DNA of 64,000 bases from Puccinia triticina (taxonomy: Eukaryota). Shown here piece after piece: positions 1 through 12,689 of this stretch (within the stretch, counting starts at the first letter, position 1; each line of letters opens with the position of its first letter). The stretch spans positions 2,418,001 to 2,482,000 of the forward strand of contig CP110440.1 in NCBI GenBank assembly GCA_026914245.1, in the 5' to 3' direction. The position numbers and the translations under genes are program-made. The notes beneath the pieces are model-generated. The model did not search any database and was not told the origin of the DNA. It worked only from the letters and a program-made list of their open reading frames with translations.

Positions 1-598
1 TCTTTTCTACCAATCCTCGGAGTAGTATGACCACCGCAGGTTCCTGATCATCATCGACCAGAACCCAATTTGTTGGTTTTGAAAGAAAATTTTCACACTG
101 GAATACAAAATCAAGTGTCATATTGACTTGTCGTTCCCAGGCCGAGTAGTTTTTGCCGCTAAATTGCAGATATTCAACGTCGGAGTGGATCAAACGGTGT
201 AGCGCCATTGGGTCCTTCATGAACTGTTTTTGATTCAGTGAGTATGTTGGCGCCGGAATCACGGTTGATTGCTCTTGTTTGAAGTGTGGGGGTTGTTTGT
301 GGTTCGCCTTAATGTGGTTGTTGATCTTGTTGACGGCATCAATGATGTTGTTGATCTTTCCTTCAAGTTTGGTTTGCTTGAAGTCTAGTGCTCTGATTAA
401 ATTGCGAGTTTTGTGGTTGCTGAGCTGGAGTGCTCAAAAGTTTGAGTCGGCATTGTTGAATTGCTTCACGATGTGTTCGTTGGTCAGGTCCCCGGCGTTG
501 GCTTGGCTGATGGATGCTAAGCTGGCCAATGGGGAGCTGGATCTCTCTTTTGGTGCAGCCGATTTTCCTTTTGAGGTTGAGCCCTGTCGTTTCAACAT
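1..598 (-). pseudogene. gag: Degenerate Ty1/Copia gag N-terminus (runs off the window edge)
   Basis: Minus-strand reading from ATG 598 (MLKRQGSTSKGK...) is broken by TTT-TGA at 436-434 and a frameshift. It then gives DVEYLQFSGKNYSAWERQVNMTLDFVF, a copia gag-like 'L..NY..W' motif. LTR-like sequence with a duplicated 66-bp module lies upstream (625-820). Confidence 0.55.
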
Positions 599-624
599 GG
601 TTAGCAGTAGGGGAGCTGGCTTTT

Positions 625-820
625 GACCTATAAGGAGATGGACGTAAACCGGTTAGAGTCCGCGACTGGTTGATGGATCACAGAGAGATGATATTGCATA
701 TAGAGAAGATAGAGAGAGAATACAAGAAACTGATAAAAGAGATAATGAAAAACGGACCTATGAGGAGATGGATGTAAACCGGTTAGAGTCCGCGACTGGT
801 TGATGGATCACAGAGAGATG
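625..820. repeat. 66-bp direct repeat (625-690 and 755-820), probable LTR end module
   Basis: GACCTAT(A/G)AGGAGATGGA(C/T)GTAAACCGGTTAGAGTCCGCGACTGGTTGATGGATCACAGAGAGATG occurs twice, separated by a purine-rich spacer. Confidence 0.85.
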
Positions 821-1716
821 AGGAATCAAACAGCCGCGGATACAGACTACTTATATGTACAAGATTCATGGACTACTGGGATATAGGAATTTGGAAAAAA
901 TAGATGAGAAAAATAGATGAGTAAGAAACATAGATGTAAATAAGAACTATAATCTAAAAAATAAGAACTATAATCTAAATCTACACAAAGTTCTACACCA
1001 CGGCTGCAAGAAAAGTTTCTTGTGACCAATGTGAAAAGTTTTGGGTTTCAAAGTGGTATTTGAAAGGTTTTTGAGTTTGAGTTTGGTTTCTAGAAAAGTT
1101 TCTGGGTGTGAAAAGTTTTTCTGAAAAGTTTCACGGTTCCAATGCAGTTCCAGAGAAGTTTCATGGTTTCCAAATGGTTGTCAAAGAAGTTTTGAGTTTT
1201 CAGATGGTTTTGAGAAAGTTTCTGCCCTCCCTGAAAAGTTTCCGGAAAGTTTTTAGGTTCCAGAAACTTTTGGGCAGAACTTTTGGTGCCAAAACATTTC
1301 AATGTGGTTTCTGCAGAACTTCTTGCGGAACTTTATTGCACAAAAAGTTTCATATTGGTTTGGCCGCCCCAAGAAGTTGGGGAAACCTTTCTTGAGAACA
1401 AGAAAGTTTCTGAAACCACATTGGGTGGTTTCAGAATCTTTCTCTTCCTCAAGAAAAGTTTCTACCCTGTGTCAAAACCTTTCTTCTGGGAAAAGCCTGG
1501 ATGTGCTGGATTCCCACAAGCCCAATGCCAACTGGAGTCTGGAAAATTCAAGTGCCCTCTTCCCCCCTTGACACATTGCTTCACCCGCCGTTCCTCCCTT
1601 TGCACCAAGTCAACCATCCACACCGGCCGCTTCCCCCTTCATCCCAAGTCAAGCACTTCTGCCCTGTGAACTTGAGCCCCCCATGTGATTCCTCTCCCCT
1701 TTTTTTGGCAGATATT

Positions 1717-2340
1717 TGAGAAAGGATGAAGTTGCGAGCGCTAATCAGGCACAATTGAATAACCTTGTGGCGTTACAGGCCAGAGAAGGGTTTTAGGGGC
1801 TACTGCACCAAGGCGGGCGAGCATGCGGATCCGTCAACTGTATTTATCTTCTGTTTAGGTTTAGCAGTTGTATCGGCTCCGCTTCTCTTTTCTTCATTCA
1901 CTCATCCGTTTTCTTGCCTCACTCCTCACGCACCTCAATAGGTGCATAAATCGCCCCATTCTCTTTTCTCATCGTCTCGGCCTCCCATAATCGGCCCTTC
2001 TAGCTCACAGCTGCAAGTCTGGTGTTTCACAGGTATCTCTCCGTTCCTTTTCATTGTTTTCCTTCTCTGTCTCTTTTCCTTCTGTACTCACCATGCAATT
2101 CATTCACTCATCCGTTTTCTTGCCTCACTCCTCACGCACCTCAATAGGTGCATAAATCGTCCCATTCTCTTTTCTCATTGTCTCGGCCTCCCATAATCGG
2201 CCCTTCTAGCTCACAGCTGCAAGTCTGGTGTTTCACAGGTGCATAAATCGTCCCATTCTCTTTTCTCATCGTCTTGGCCTCCCATAATTGGCCCTTCTAG
2301 CTCACAGCTGCAAGTCTGGTGTTTCACAGGTTATGAGCCC
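1717..2340 (+). mobile_element. Copia-type LTR remnant with tandem 91-bp 3' modules and PBS
   Basis: Three 91-bp copies (1941-2031, 2147-2237, 2238-2328) end in ...TTTCACA. They are followed directly by GGTTATGAGCCC (2329-2340), the copia-type PBS that pairs with an internal segment of initiator tRNA-Met. The left boundary is approximate. Confidence 0.6.
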
Positions 2341-2889
2341 AGCGCTACCGCGTGATACCTAGGATATTATGGAGTCTTGGTATGATAAACCCCTTTCATA
2401 GCACGGGGGGCTGTCAGGTTGTGGTTCTGCTACTCTTAGCTTTATCATACCTGCTGGTGTCACTCATTCATGACCTGTCATTTACAGGTCTTACCCTCAA
2501 TTAGGGATCTTCATGTGACACCAGTGGATGTTTATTCACCCACCTGCAGCCATTCATATCCAAGTGTCCTTAGTACAGTGGTTAGTACACTTGACATGGA
2601 TATAAGAGACATGGGTTCAACTCCCATAGGACACATAATATTTTATGGAGTTTCACAAACCTCAGCTCGCCTGAAGTTCTCTTCGAGACTGAGGACGTCC
2701 GGACATCTAAATTCCAGATCTGCAACTCCGAACTCTCCCGACATCTGGACAAAGTTCAGTCCATTCAACATCTCTTCTCTTCTACCCAAGATTCTGACTC
2801 TGTTTTGGTGTGGTAGAGAACACTCTAGCTCCAATGGCGCCGATTTCCCGAGAGAGTTTTGGTTGGGAACAAAGGTTAGAGGAAATTGG

Positions 2890-3337
2890 TTCTTCTTTCT
2901 CCTGTTCCTTGCAGCTGTCATTGCCACCCCTGCCGAGTGAGTACTTGAAGACCACTGCCAGTGTGCTTGCCCTTGACTAACACTTGTTTCCTCCGCTACA
3001 GTCACGGTCTGGGTGGCGGTCTCGCTTACGCGGCTGCTGTTGATCCCAGTTTTGGCGGTGGTCTCGGTCTGGGTAACTTCCAAGGCGGTGGCAGCTCGAG
3101 CAGCGCCAACGCCAACAGCTTATACAGCGCTGGTGGCTTGAGCGGGTTTGGGTCCGGCGGCAGCAGCTTCTAATCAAGCTCCTTGTTGGTCAGCTCCAGC
3201 TGGTTGATAGGTGGCTTCCAATCCCAACTTGCCAGCGGGCAGCTAACTCGCGCTATTGCCTACCAACAATTCCAACAACCTATTAATTACTTCCAGGCCG
3301 CTTGAACCAAGCCAACAACTGTGGCAGTTGCTTCCAA
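2890..3337 (+). pseudogene. Captured fragment of a glycine-rich secreted-protein gene
   Basis: A signal-peptide-like FFFLLFLAAVIATPA has no ATG. A phase-2 GT-AG intron (2937-3001) joins in frame to D-HGLGGGLAYAAAVDPSFGGGLGLGNFQGGG. Premature TAA at 3171, then ...NQANNCGSCFQ and a donor GTAAGC at 3338. Confidence 0.6.
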
Positions 3338-3774
3338 GTAAGCAGCGCTCTAACTAAGACTCAGATCCTCAAGAGTGCAGCTTGTTCATCCTTCTTCTTG
3401 ATCTTAGGACCCTGGTCAATTCGGGAGGAGTGATTGATGGTGGGAGCCGGTGTACTCGGAGTTGATAAGATCAGCCTTGAATTTGCTGGTCAGTCAGTGC
3501 TTGATGAGCCGGTTGAACGCTTTGTCAGAGTTTGCCTGATGACGCTGAGGCTCTCGTTACCTCTGACAACGATGTTCGAACTGCCACTTCCTACTACCCT
3601 GGTTTCAACCAGGATGTCTCCATGAGACATGAACCCCTAGACGGTACAGGACCATTCTGACTGGGCTAGCCATCGCCTTACCATAAGAGTTTTTCTACGA
3701 GATTGAGCTAAAAAGACTATAAAAGGAGGTCTTGTTGAGACCAATGGCTAACTTGGCTCTTCCATCCTCTTTTC

Positions 3775-6700
3775 TGACGTTGAAACGTGTAGCATCCCCA
3801 TCAGCACTGGAAAAGGAGAGGCCGAGCTAGTCGCGGTCAGGCGTGGAACCGCCACTATCTACCAGGCTACCGGAAAAACCCTGAAGCTTCCGGACTCGCT
3901 TTTTGTTCCAGGAATGGCTAGAAACCTCATCTCAATGGTCAAACTGATGAACAACAACATCTCAATCAAACAAACGGCCGGATCTGCTCAGGAAGTCACG
4001 ATTGACGGCTCTATCATCTTCATGTGCAAGCGTGCCAACAATGTGCTTGAGTTTGGTCACTTCATTGGACCAGTCTCCACTATCATAACTGCACTAGCCG
4101 CCAGCTCTCACTCCGGTAAAACCACTCCTTTCAAAACCTGGCACAACCGCCTTGGTCACTCCAGCATAGCTCGAATCAAGAACGCTCTGCCCGGTGTGGA
4201 CCTAGAAAATTCGGTCACTTGCAATACCTGCATGAAAGGCAAGATCACAAAGCTTCCCTTCAAAGGGCACTTTGATAAAACTCAACACCCTCTTGAAGTT
4301 GTCCACGGTGACTTAGTTGGACCGATTACTCCTTCAACGAACGCCGGCGCCAAATACTTCCTGACCCTGGTCGATCAACACACTGGCTTTATCAGCGTAA
4401 CCCTCCTCAAAGAGAAGAAACATGCCGCCGAAGCAATCATCAATTTTCAAGTGTTCTTTGAAAAACAAACCGGATACCCGCTCAAGAAACTTATCACCGA
4501 CAGTGGAGGCGAGTTCTGCAACAAGCAACTCTCAACGTACCTCAAAGAGTGTGGAATTCAGCACAACGTCGCGCCGCCTTACACCCCTCAGCACAACGGC
4601 GTTGCTGAAAGAGCCAACAGAACGATAATCAATATGACTCGATGCCTCATGGTCCAATCCAACCTCGCAAAAGAATGGTGGGGGGAGGCAGTCAAAACGG
4701 CTATGTTGACAACCAACTGCCTTGCCTCCCTCAGTAAATCCAGAATCTTGCCGGTTGAACAAATGTTCAAGAAAATTCCAACCTTATCATTCTTCAGGCC
4801 GTTCGGCTGCAAAGCCTGGATGGTCAAGCCGAAAAACTTCCGAGGTAGCAAGTTTGACCCAATAGCATGGGAAGGAATACTCGTTGGATACTCAAACGAC
4901 TATTCATCCTACAGAATCATCCGTCTAGACGATAAGAAAATCATTGAGACTCAACATGCATTATTCGACGAATCCGTATTCCCGTCTTTATCCGCGCTTC
5001 ATTCAAGCTACAACCTGTTTTCCAACTCACCCTTTCCAACCATCACTGACAAAGAGCCGCTTCCATTTGAAGACAAAGACCTGGAATTCGCTACTCATGA
5101 GCAGGAAGAGGCCTCTTGAATTCCGCAACCAATGGACCTGGATGAGCAAGATGTGCAGGACTCACAATCATCAGAGTCCGACAGCGACGAGCCTCATTCT
5201 GAAGAACCACTTGCTATCAAAAGGATCAAAGTCATTGGTCCTCGCCATCCAACTCTAATCAACAGCAGCATTGATCAAAGCAACATTCGGAACTTCCCAC
5301 GTCGAGCGCCGGCCGCTTTCACCACAGCAACTGTTGAACCTCGCAATCACCATCAAGCTATGACCTGTGACGACAGCGCCTCTTGGTTTGCTGCTGAGGC
5401 AAAGGAGATTGAAAACATGAAATCTCACAGTGTTTGGATTGAGAGGACAAGGCAGCCTGGCATTTATGCTATCCCTTCGACGTGGGCCTACCGCAAGAAG
5501 CTTGGGGCAGACAATCAGGTCACAGAATACAAAGCTTGTATCTGTGCTCAAGGCTTCCGTCAAACTTACAGACTCAATTTTGAACTCAAGTACGCTCCTA
5601 CCGGTAAACCCGCTTCACTCCGGATGCTTCTCTCATTCGCCGTCGTCAACAATCTTCTTATTCATCAACTCGACGTCAAATCAGCCTTTCTCACATGCAA
5701 TCTCAAAGAAGAAGTCTACATGTTGCCACCTCCTGGCTACAAATCAGACCAGAACATTGTCCTCGAGCTAAAAAAGGCAATCTACGGGCTCAAACAGGCC
5801 TCACTAGCCTGGTACAACAGATTAAGCTCATTCTTGGTCCGCATTGGATTCTCCATCTCCGTCGCCGACCCTTGTGTATTCTGGAAGACATCAGAATCTC
5901 CCACCTGGATTTTTGCACATGTTGATGATCTCGTAATCGTCAGCAAAGATCCCGAATCCTTTCGCAAACAAATGGCCAGCGAATTCCAAATCAAATACCT
6001 AGGGGAGGCGACCTTTCTCTTAGGCATGAAGCTTGACAGGGTACCAGGCGGAATCATCCTCAACCAATCGCAGTACATAGAACGCAAGCTAGTTGAATTC
6101 GGCGCGTCAGAACTCCCCAAATCTTCGTGTCCTCTCGACCCAAAAACTCACCTTGGAAAGGCTAATCAAACCGACATCAACAAACTCAAATCAATGAACG
6201 TGAACTACCGGGCTCTCATCGGCTCGCTCAACTACTTGAGTATCCTGACCCGCCCTGACATCTCCTATGCAGTCAGTAAACTATCGCAGTTCCTCGAGTC
6301 TCCGGGTTTATCACACTACAAATCGGCAATGCAGGTTTTTTGATATCTATCAGGCACTAAGCACATTGGACTCTCGTTTCTCAACAATCAACCAGCACCC
6401 CTTGTCGCTTCCATTGATGCAGACTGGGCCAACTGTCCAGACACTCGACGATCACATACCGGGTACATGATCACTCACAATCAGCATCTTATCTTGTGGA
6501 AATCTTGCAAGCAACAGACAGTATCACTCTCATCCACGGAGGCTGAGTACAAGGCTCTGTCCGACGCATGCAAGGAGATCGCCTGGCTCATCAACCTAAT
6601 CAAAGAGGTACTTCCAGATGAAGTTCAACGTCTTGCTACCGTTCTAGTGGACAACAGAGGAGCGATCAACCTCGCTCTCAGTCAAACCAGCCAAAACGGT

Positions 6701-7054
6701 TTTCGCACGAAACACATGGATCTCCGCCTTCACTTTGTACGGGAAATGATCAGCTCTGAAACTATCAAGCTCCGCTACGTCGCTTCTCAAGAAAACATCT
6801 CGGACTTTCTCACCAAGCCCGTCGGACGAAGCAAGATTCTGCGAGCCATCTCAACTGTGACCAACAGCGCCTTGCTCACTTCTGCTCCCAGCATTGCTGC
6901 TGGGAGCAAGGCAGCCTGTCAGAGTTCGCCTGATGACGCTGAGGCTCTCGTTACCTCTGACAACGATGTTCGAACTGCCACTTCCTACTACCCTGGTTTC
7001 AACCAGGATGTCTCCATGAGACATGAACCCCTAGACGGTACAGGACCATTCTGA
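3775..7054 (+). pseudogene. pol: Copia pol remnant (GAG-pre-integrase, integrase, RT, RNase H) with in-frame stops
   Basis: Motifs WHNRLGH..C..C, VHGDLVGP, TDSGGEF, PQHNGVAERANRT, QLDVKSAFL, AIYGLKQA, HVDD, SSTEAEY and TKHMDLRLHFVRE. Stops at 5117-5119 and 6341-6343. The ORF runs 138 nt into the 3' LTR. Confidence 0.93.
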
Positions 7055-7570
7055 CTGGGCTAGCCGTCGCCTTACCGTAAGAGTTTTTCTACAAGATTGA
7101 GCTAAAAAGACTATAAAAGGAGGTCTTGTTGAGACCAATGGCTAACTTGGCTCTTCCATCCTCTTTGTCTTTCTCAGCTCACCATCATCTCTCTTACACA
7201 TCTTTCAATCAACAGTTTCTCATAAAACTTCCTTTTCTCATCGTTCTGCCGCTGCTGTCCAGTTTAGCTATTTCATCATCATCCCGCTATCAAAGTCCTT
7301 GCCGCGCTTCTCGCTATCCCCGTCCTACTTCTTCTTTTTCTTTCTTGTTCAAAAACTTAGACCGCTTTTCCTTGTCAGATCTTTCTTAAGCGATTTAGCT
7401 TTCTTTCTTCACTTGTTTCTTTTTCTTTACTCTTTTGCGCCAGCGTTCCTGCTCTCAGGTAAGAGCACAACTCACTTCATCTTGCTCTTCTAAAAGGCAC
7501 TTCTTGCTTTCTTCATTGTACATATAACCTGACTTAGAAATAAAATTCTCTCAGTTTGTGAATTCTTACA
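6917..7570 (+). repeat. Copia 3' LTR (654 bp)
   Basis: TGTCAGAG...TTACA. The first ~250 bp are near-identical to 3523-3772. TATAAAA at ~7112. Confidence 0.9.
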
Positions 7571-10136
7571 CGCTTTGCAAGGGTCGTCGACCTTGGTCTT
7601 GGCGGTGGCAGGGGCTGCGCTATCCCAGGTGGCGCTGATCGGCAAGAACTGGATCAAGCTGGCTGCTGGATAATGGCACGGGGTGGTAGGCCGGGTAAGC
7701 AAGTATTTCTTGATCGGGAGCTGATATCCTGCTCCCTCGCCCCCTCCGTCCAATTTCCTCAAACCACTCCCTCGGTGCTGTTATCCTCCCTCCCTCCCTC
7801 CCTTAGGATATCATTCTTGTTATGTTGTTGTTATAGTTAGGTTTTAGTGTTATGCATGTTTGAATACCATGGCAATCCAATGGTTACCCCCAATCCCTGC
7901 CCCCAAACAATCCGCAGGTGAACGATTTCATCAGGTATGAAATGTTTTGTGATACATACAGTGAACGTTTAAGGTGGTTTCCAAATGGTTTTGGAAAACT
8001 TTTGCAGTTCAGTTTGCCGGTTTACAAAAAGTTTCCTGAAACTTCCGCAATTCTGAACCAACTTTTCAATTGAGCCTGAAAAATTTCCAATTGAGTCGGA
8101 AAAGTTTTCTAGAACTTCTGTTGTTCTGGAAAACCTTTTCAATTGAGTCAAAAAAGTTTTTGTGGTTTGCAAAAACCTTTTTCCTCAACAAAAAAGTTGT
8201 GGGAAACTTTTTGAGGAATAGAAACCGAATGTTTACCAAATGTGAACTATTTGATAGAAGTCTTGGAAAACATCTCAACTTGGTTTCCGCCGCGAACGGG
8301 ACCCAACGTCCAGTCTGAATTCTATTGAAAACTTTCTTGAGTGGTTTCAAATACCACTCAAGAAAGTTTGTTTGCAGCCGTGGTGTACATGTTGCTACCC
8401 CACAAACTCTACACCTTTGGCGTCAGGTCGTCGGTCCGAGGGAGCCGAAATCGCTCTTGTGGTGTATTGTATTTGACATTTTTTTTTTGGTCTGGACTTG
8501 TCAAGGAACGGCCATGATCCCACGATGATAGTGATTATGAGCAAGTGACATTATCTTGGCAATAATCAAATATCTTCATGGTGGTCTCGACTGTCAACCT
8601 ACAACAAATACCAAGCCTTTTTTTTCTGAAAAATGTCTATCCGCACGTCAATGCTGAGTCTTGTGACAGACACTTGCACGGGAATGGAATCCCCTCGACA
8701 CCTGGTCAGTCGACATAAACCTAGTATGAAGCATACCCCAGACCCGCGTGGGAAACAGCCTCCAAGCTACCTTTGCCGCATTTTGAAAACTTCCCAAACT
8801 TCTGGAGCATCCAGAACTTCCGGCCGACTCCCCCCCTTCAGGTCGGCCTTGAGCCACAAAGTCAGAACTCCTACACCTCTCCACCCTTACAACCCTTACA
8901 CCTTGCCCCTCGCCACCCTTAAAAATCAGTAACCCTACATCTCGCCAGCCTTACATCTCGCTAGCCTTACACCTCGCCAGCCTTACACCTCGCCAGCCTT
9001 ACACCTTGCCAGCCTTACAACTCGCTACCCTTACAACTTGCTACCCTTACAACTTGCTACCCTTACAACTCGCTACCCTTACAACTCGCTACCCTTCCCT
9101 TGCACCACCTTGATTGCACCCACCTCGCTCGCACCCACCTCGCTTGCACCCTTACACCTCGTACCCACCTCACTTGTACCCTTACACTACATACCTAGCA
9201 CCTCGCTACCGCCTGCCTCCCACCTCCCAGCGCAGCCTCAAACCAAAGTCCAAAGTCCCTAAATACACTGTGTGTCCCTTACCAATTACAGCTTGCTAGT
9301 ACCTTACACCTCGCTGCTACACCTCTCTCCAGCAATCTTTCAGCTTATGCTTTCTTTGATCCTTGCTAACTATGTACACTAAGACACTTACAGTTTAGAA
9401 GATATGTAAGAAAAAGAACCTGGTTTGTTGGTCTAGATGCAATAAGTTCCTGAGTGTATGGCAAAAAGGCAAAGCAGATGATCACTGGGGTGCGGAGTGA
9501 TCTCCCAGACAGTTGATATGTATAAGCAACCCCTTCAAACCAATCATAACTGAAAGGGCCAAGCTTTATCATGGCAATGAGACAAAAAAACACAATAAAA
9601 AGGAGGAAATGTAGCAGTTTTTCACTTAATTTTTTGTTGGAAAACAAACTAGAATTGCACAATATTGGAGCATAGATTCCATGGACCATAGTCAGAGGAG
9701 GGGAGGGAGGGAAAAAATCTAAAATAGATGATAACCCAACTGGAATAACTAAGAAAAACTGATAGCTCCCCGTGTTTGATCACACACACTGTGGGAGGCT
9801 ATCAGATACAACTCAATTTGACACTTGGATAGGAATACAACCGTTAAGTTTTTTTGTTGAGAAACATTTGGTAGTCTTTGAGTTTCTGATACCAAATGGT
9901 GGCAGTGAGGAGCACCTCACTGTTACACATTGGCCTTCTGGTAATCATCCATCTGATGTGACAAGAAACAATCATTAGCCCAGGGAAGGTTCCGTAGAGG
10001 CACAAGAACAACGACATATCTCAGCATCCAACTCAGCAGTGCTTTTCTGGGGGCCCTTCTTACCACCTTTGCCTTGTCCGTGACCAGATTGTTGATTGGT
10101 GCCATTGGTGGCCGTTTGGCCATTTTCTCCAGCACT

Positions 10137-10137
<1 letters not shown>

Positions 10138-10176
<39 letters not shown>
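10138..10176. repeat. (TGA)n microsatellite (poly-His on the minus strand)
   Basis: About 13 TGA/ATG units. The minus strand reads NHHHHHHHHHHHHHSAGENGQ. Confidence 0.9.
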
Positions 10177-10178
<2 letters not shown>

Positions 10179-11784
10179 GAAAATTTCAGAGCATGACAAT
10201 TGTGACGGATTTGGGGAGAAGGTTTGATTTGGAATGTGAATGTGAAGAGGTAGCTGGGGGGCAAAATCATGAAGGAAGCGTGTATCTCATTGCTCTCACT
10301 GCTCTAAAAAGCAGCAAAGGAAGGAAAACAGATTGATAACAATATAGCAAAACAACTTACCATTTATTTGAGACCAATTGGCCCAAGTCATATCTCCTGA
10401 GATGGTTGGACTTGGGCCTGCAAAACCATACTGTGGGATGGCTTGGTTTCAGGTGAGGCCGGAGCGGGTGCTCCTTTGGCAGAAGGGGGATGGATGTTGG
10501 CTTCAGGAGTTGCTCCATTGATTGAGAGAGTAGGAACACCAGTGGGGCCCATTGCCGGGTTTGCGGGGGGCGGGAGGGGCGAGCAAGGGGTAGGTAGATC
10601 TTTGCGGCGAGCCTATCTCGGCACCAAGGAAAGGTTTGCCATGGAGGGCTCAAACATTTCCTTGGGCGCTACGGGAGACAGATGGCCGGGCCGGTGCGGC
10701 CGCGGTTGGTTTGGTTGAGGTCGCTGTCTTCAAAGAACAACCTGCAGGCCTCCTCCTGTGAGTGAGGCGGCTGAATCGGCAGCAGGTAGGATTTGTTGTG
10801 GCTCGCCGTGTGCATTGGCAAAGGGCAAGAGGTTTACTTGGCGGGTAATGCTGAATTGGTTGTTGGATGGTTCAATCGGCATTGTCTGGGGGCACCATTG
10901 GTGCCAGCAGTGGTTTGGGGAGCGGGGTATTGAGGAAAAAACCCACGCTTACAATGATTAAACAGATGAGGTTCTTGACCGCGGTTGCAACAAACTAGCT
11001 GCTGGTGTCTGGAATAGGGTTAGGACCAACCAGTGTGAGTCACCAGCTGGGATTTCCGGGCCGCTGGAAGAGGTTTCCTGGGGAGAGATGTGAAGGAGGG
11101 GGGTGGGGAGGGGAGGGAACACAACAGAATGAAAAAAAAATGGATGGCTGGCTGCTCGGGTGCCGGCTGGAGGCTGGGGGGCTGGGATTCCTAGCGGCGT
11201 GTGGGCAATTGGGCAGGAGACAATTAGGAGGGAGCCAAAAAGAAATTGTGAGTGGTTGGCAGGCAATGGATGTGAAAAAAGAGACGGCTCACCAATGAAT
11301 TTTTTTTGGGCGGGTGCTGGATTGGTTCCTGGCTGGTGGCTGGGCAGCGGTTGGGCCCGGTGGGGGGAACTCAGTTGGGGGCCATCTCTGAACTGCTAGA
11401 AAGCTTATTCAAGTTTTTCCAATGCGCATTGCCAGGCACCCTGCTGTGGGGGCTTTTGAATGTTTTTGATTTTATTCTGAAGAAATATTTTGAGAAATCC
11501 CAGTTGTTTAGAAGTTATTGAGCATCAAATATAGGTTGCATCCAGGGTATTACCTCAAAAATAAGTGATTAAGATCTGCTAGAAAAATTATGACAGCTTT
11601 ATAATACCTGGCATCTCTATTTGGGTACTTTTAAGTGTTCCTGGTTGTATTATGAAATAAAATCTCAAGAAATATGAGTGGTTTGGAATTTATTGTCAAA
11701 CAAAGATTGGATTCTTTCTGCTAGAGAGGGTGATAAATATGGTCTGTGAATGGATTTTTTGGATTTAATTTTTAGGAAGGCATT

Positions 11785-11976
11785 AGGGGTGTTCAAAGTT
11801 GACTGCATAAAATTATAACACCATAAATTCATAAACTTTTAATCTGAAAAAAATGTGTAACACCCAATCACTCAAAAAAGAGCAACAATTCTAAAATGGT
11901 ACATAAAAAATGATCACTCAAAAGTGTTATGATTTTATGATTTGAAAAAAATATGATTTCAACTTTGAACACCCTT
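11785..11976. mobile_element. MITE of the PIF/Harbinger-ISL2EU (PHIS)-like family, ATT TSD
   Basis: TIR A(G/A)GGGTGTTCAAAGTTGA with ATT on both flanks. Confidence 0.7.
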
Positions 11977-12689
11977 ATTATGATTTTTGGATTTGGGGAA
12001 GTAATTGTGATTTGATCAATTTTTAATGCATTCTGCATCTATTCTGAGTGCTTCATATTCATCAAGGGTGTATACCCCCCAAGATGTGCATATACATCTC
12101 AATTCATGAACACCAGTTGCTTGGGACACCCTTGATGAATTTCATGCCCTCTTAATTTTAAAACTTATTCGAATTTGCTCAATCATGATTAAATAATACC
12201 TGAATTAAGAAAATACATCCAGGGTGTCCCAGTGAAAAATTGTGGCTTCCAATTTACACACTTTCACATCTGTTAATTCCTATTGACCACTGGTGGATTG
12301 AAATATGCTGATTGGATTTTCCTCATTAAAACCATAGGATAATGTTTCCAGAAATCATCAAAAGAAACTTTTGAATGAATAAAATTAGGGAGTTGAAAAA
12401 TTGACTCCCAAGAATTAATAAATCAACTCCCAAAAGTCGTTTACATTGGGTGGACCGTCTTGGGACGTCCCCCCTGGGTCCTCGGGACCTCGCGCGGCCC
12501 CAAAATCATTTTGGGAGTTGATTAATTAATTCCCCTCTCGAGAATGGGAGTTGATACATTAATTTAACAAAAGATGACGGAATATACAAAAAAAATTATA
12601 TCTTGTCGCTATTGTACCCAAACACCCTAAGAGTTTTACAGCAATCTAAATACACTCTTGAGAGAATATTGTGAGCTTCACGGCATTAG

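Larger units (their letters stand above)
3523..7570 (+). mobile_element. Ty1/Copia LTR retrotransposon, internally deleted (no gag)
   Basis: TG...CA ends and a 5-bp TSD CGCTT (3518-3522 / 7571-7575). The 5' LTR is truncated (3523-~3772) and fused to protease-region sequence. The 3' LTR is complete (6917-7570). Domain order is IN-RT-RNaseH. Confidence 0.93.
996..8385. mobile_element. Non-autonomous TIR DNA transposon (CACCA-ended, CACTA/CMC-like) with cargo and a nested Copia
   Basis: TIRs CACCACGGCTGCAAGAAAAGTTTCTTG (996) and CAAGAAAGTTTGTTTGCAGCCGTGGTG (ends 8385), flanked by TA on both sides. Many subterminal GAAAAGTTT/AAACTTT motifs at both ends. No transposase seen. Confidence 0.75.

Noticed and set aside
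2404..2490. PPT-like GGGGGG followed by TGTCAGG...TTTACA as a miniature LTR
   Set aside because: No second copy or TSD was found, and it is too short to support.
8930..9200. Tandem 15/16-mers as a CRISPR array or telomeric repeat
   Set aside because: There are no unique spacers or cas genes, the context is eukaryotic, and the unit is not TTAGGG. They are internal modules of a TIR mirrored at 14276-14620.
9975..10199. Poly-His ORF as a standalone metal-binding gene
   Set aside because: It has no ATG start, is surrounded by stops, is microsatellite-driven and lies inside a transposon. It is kept only as possible cargo.
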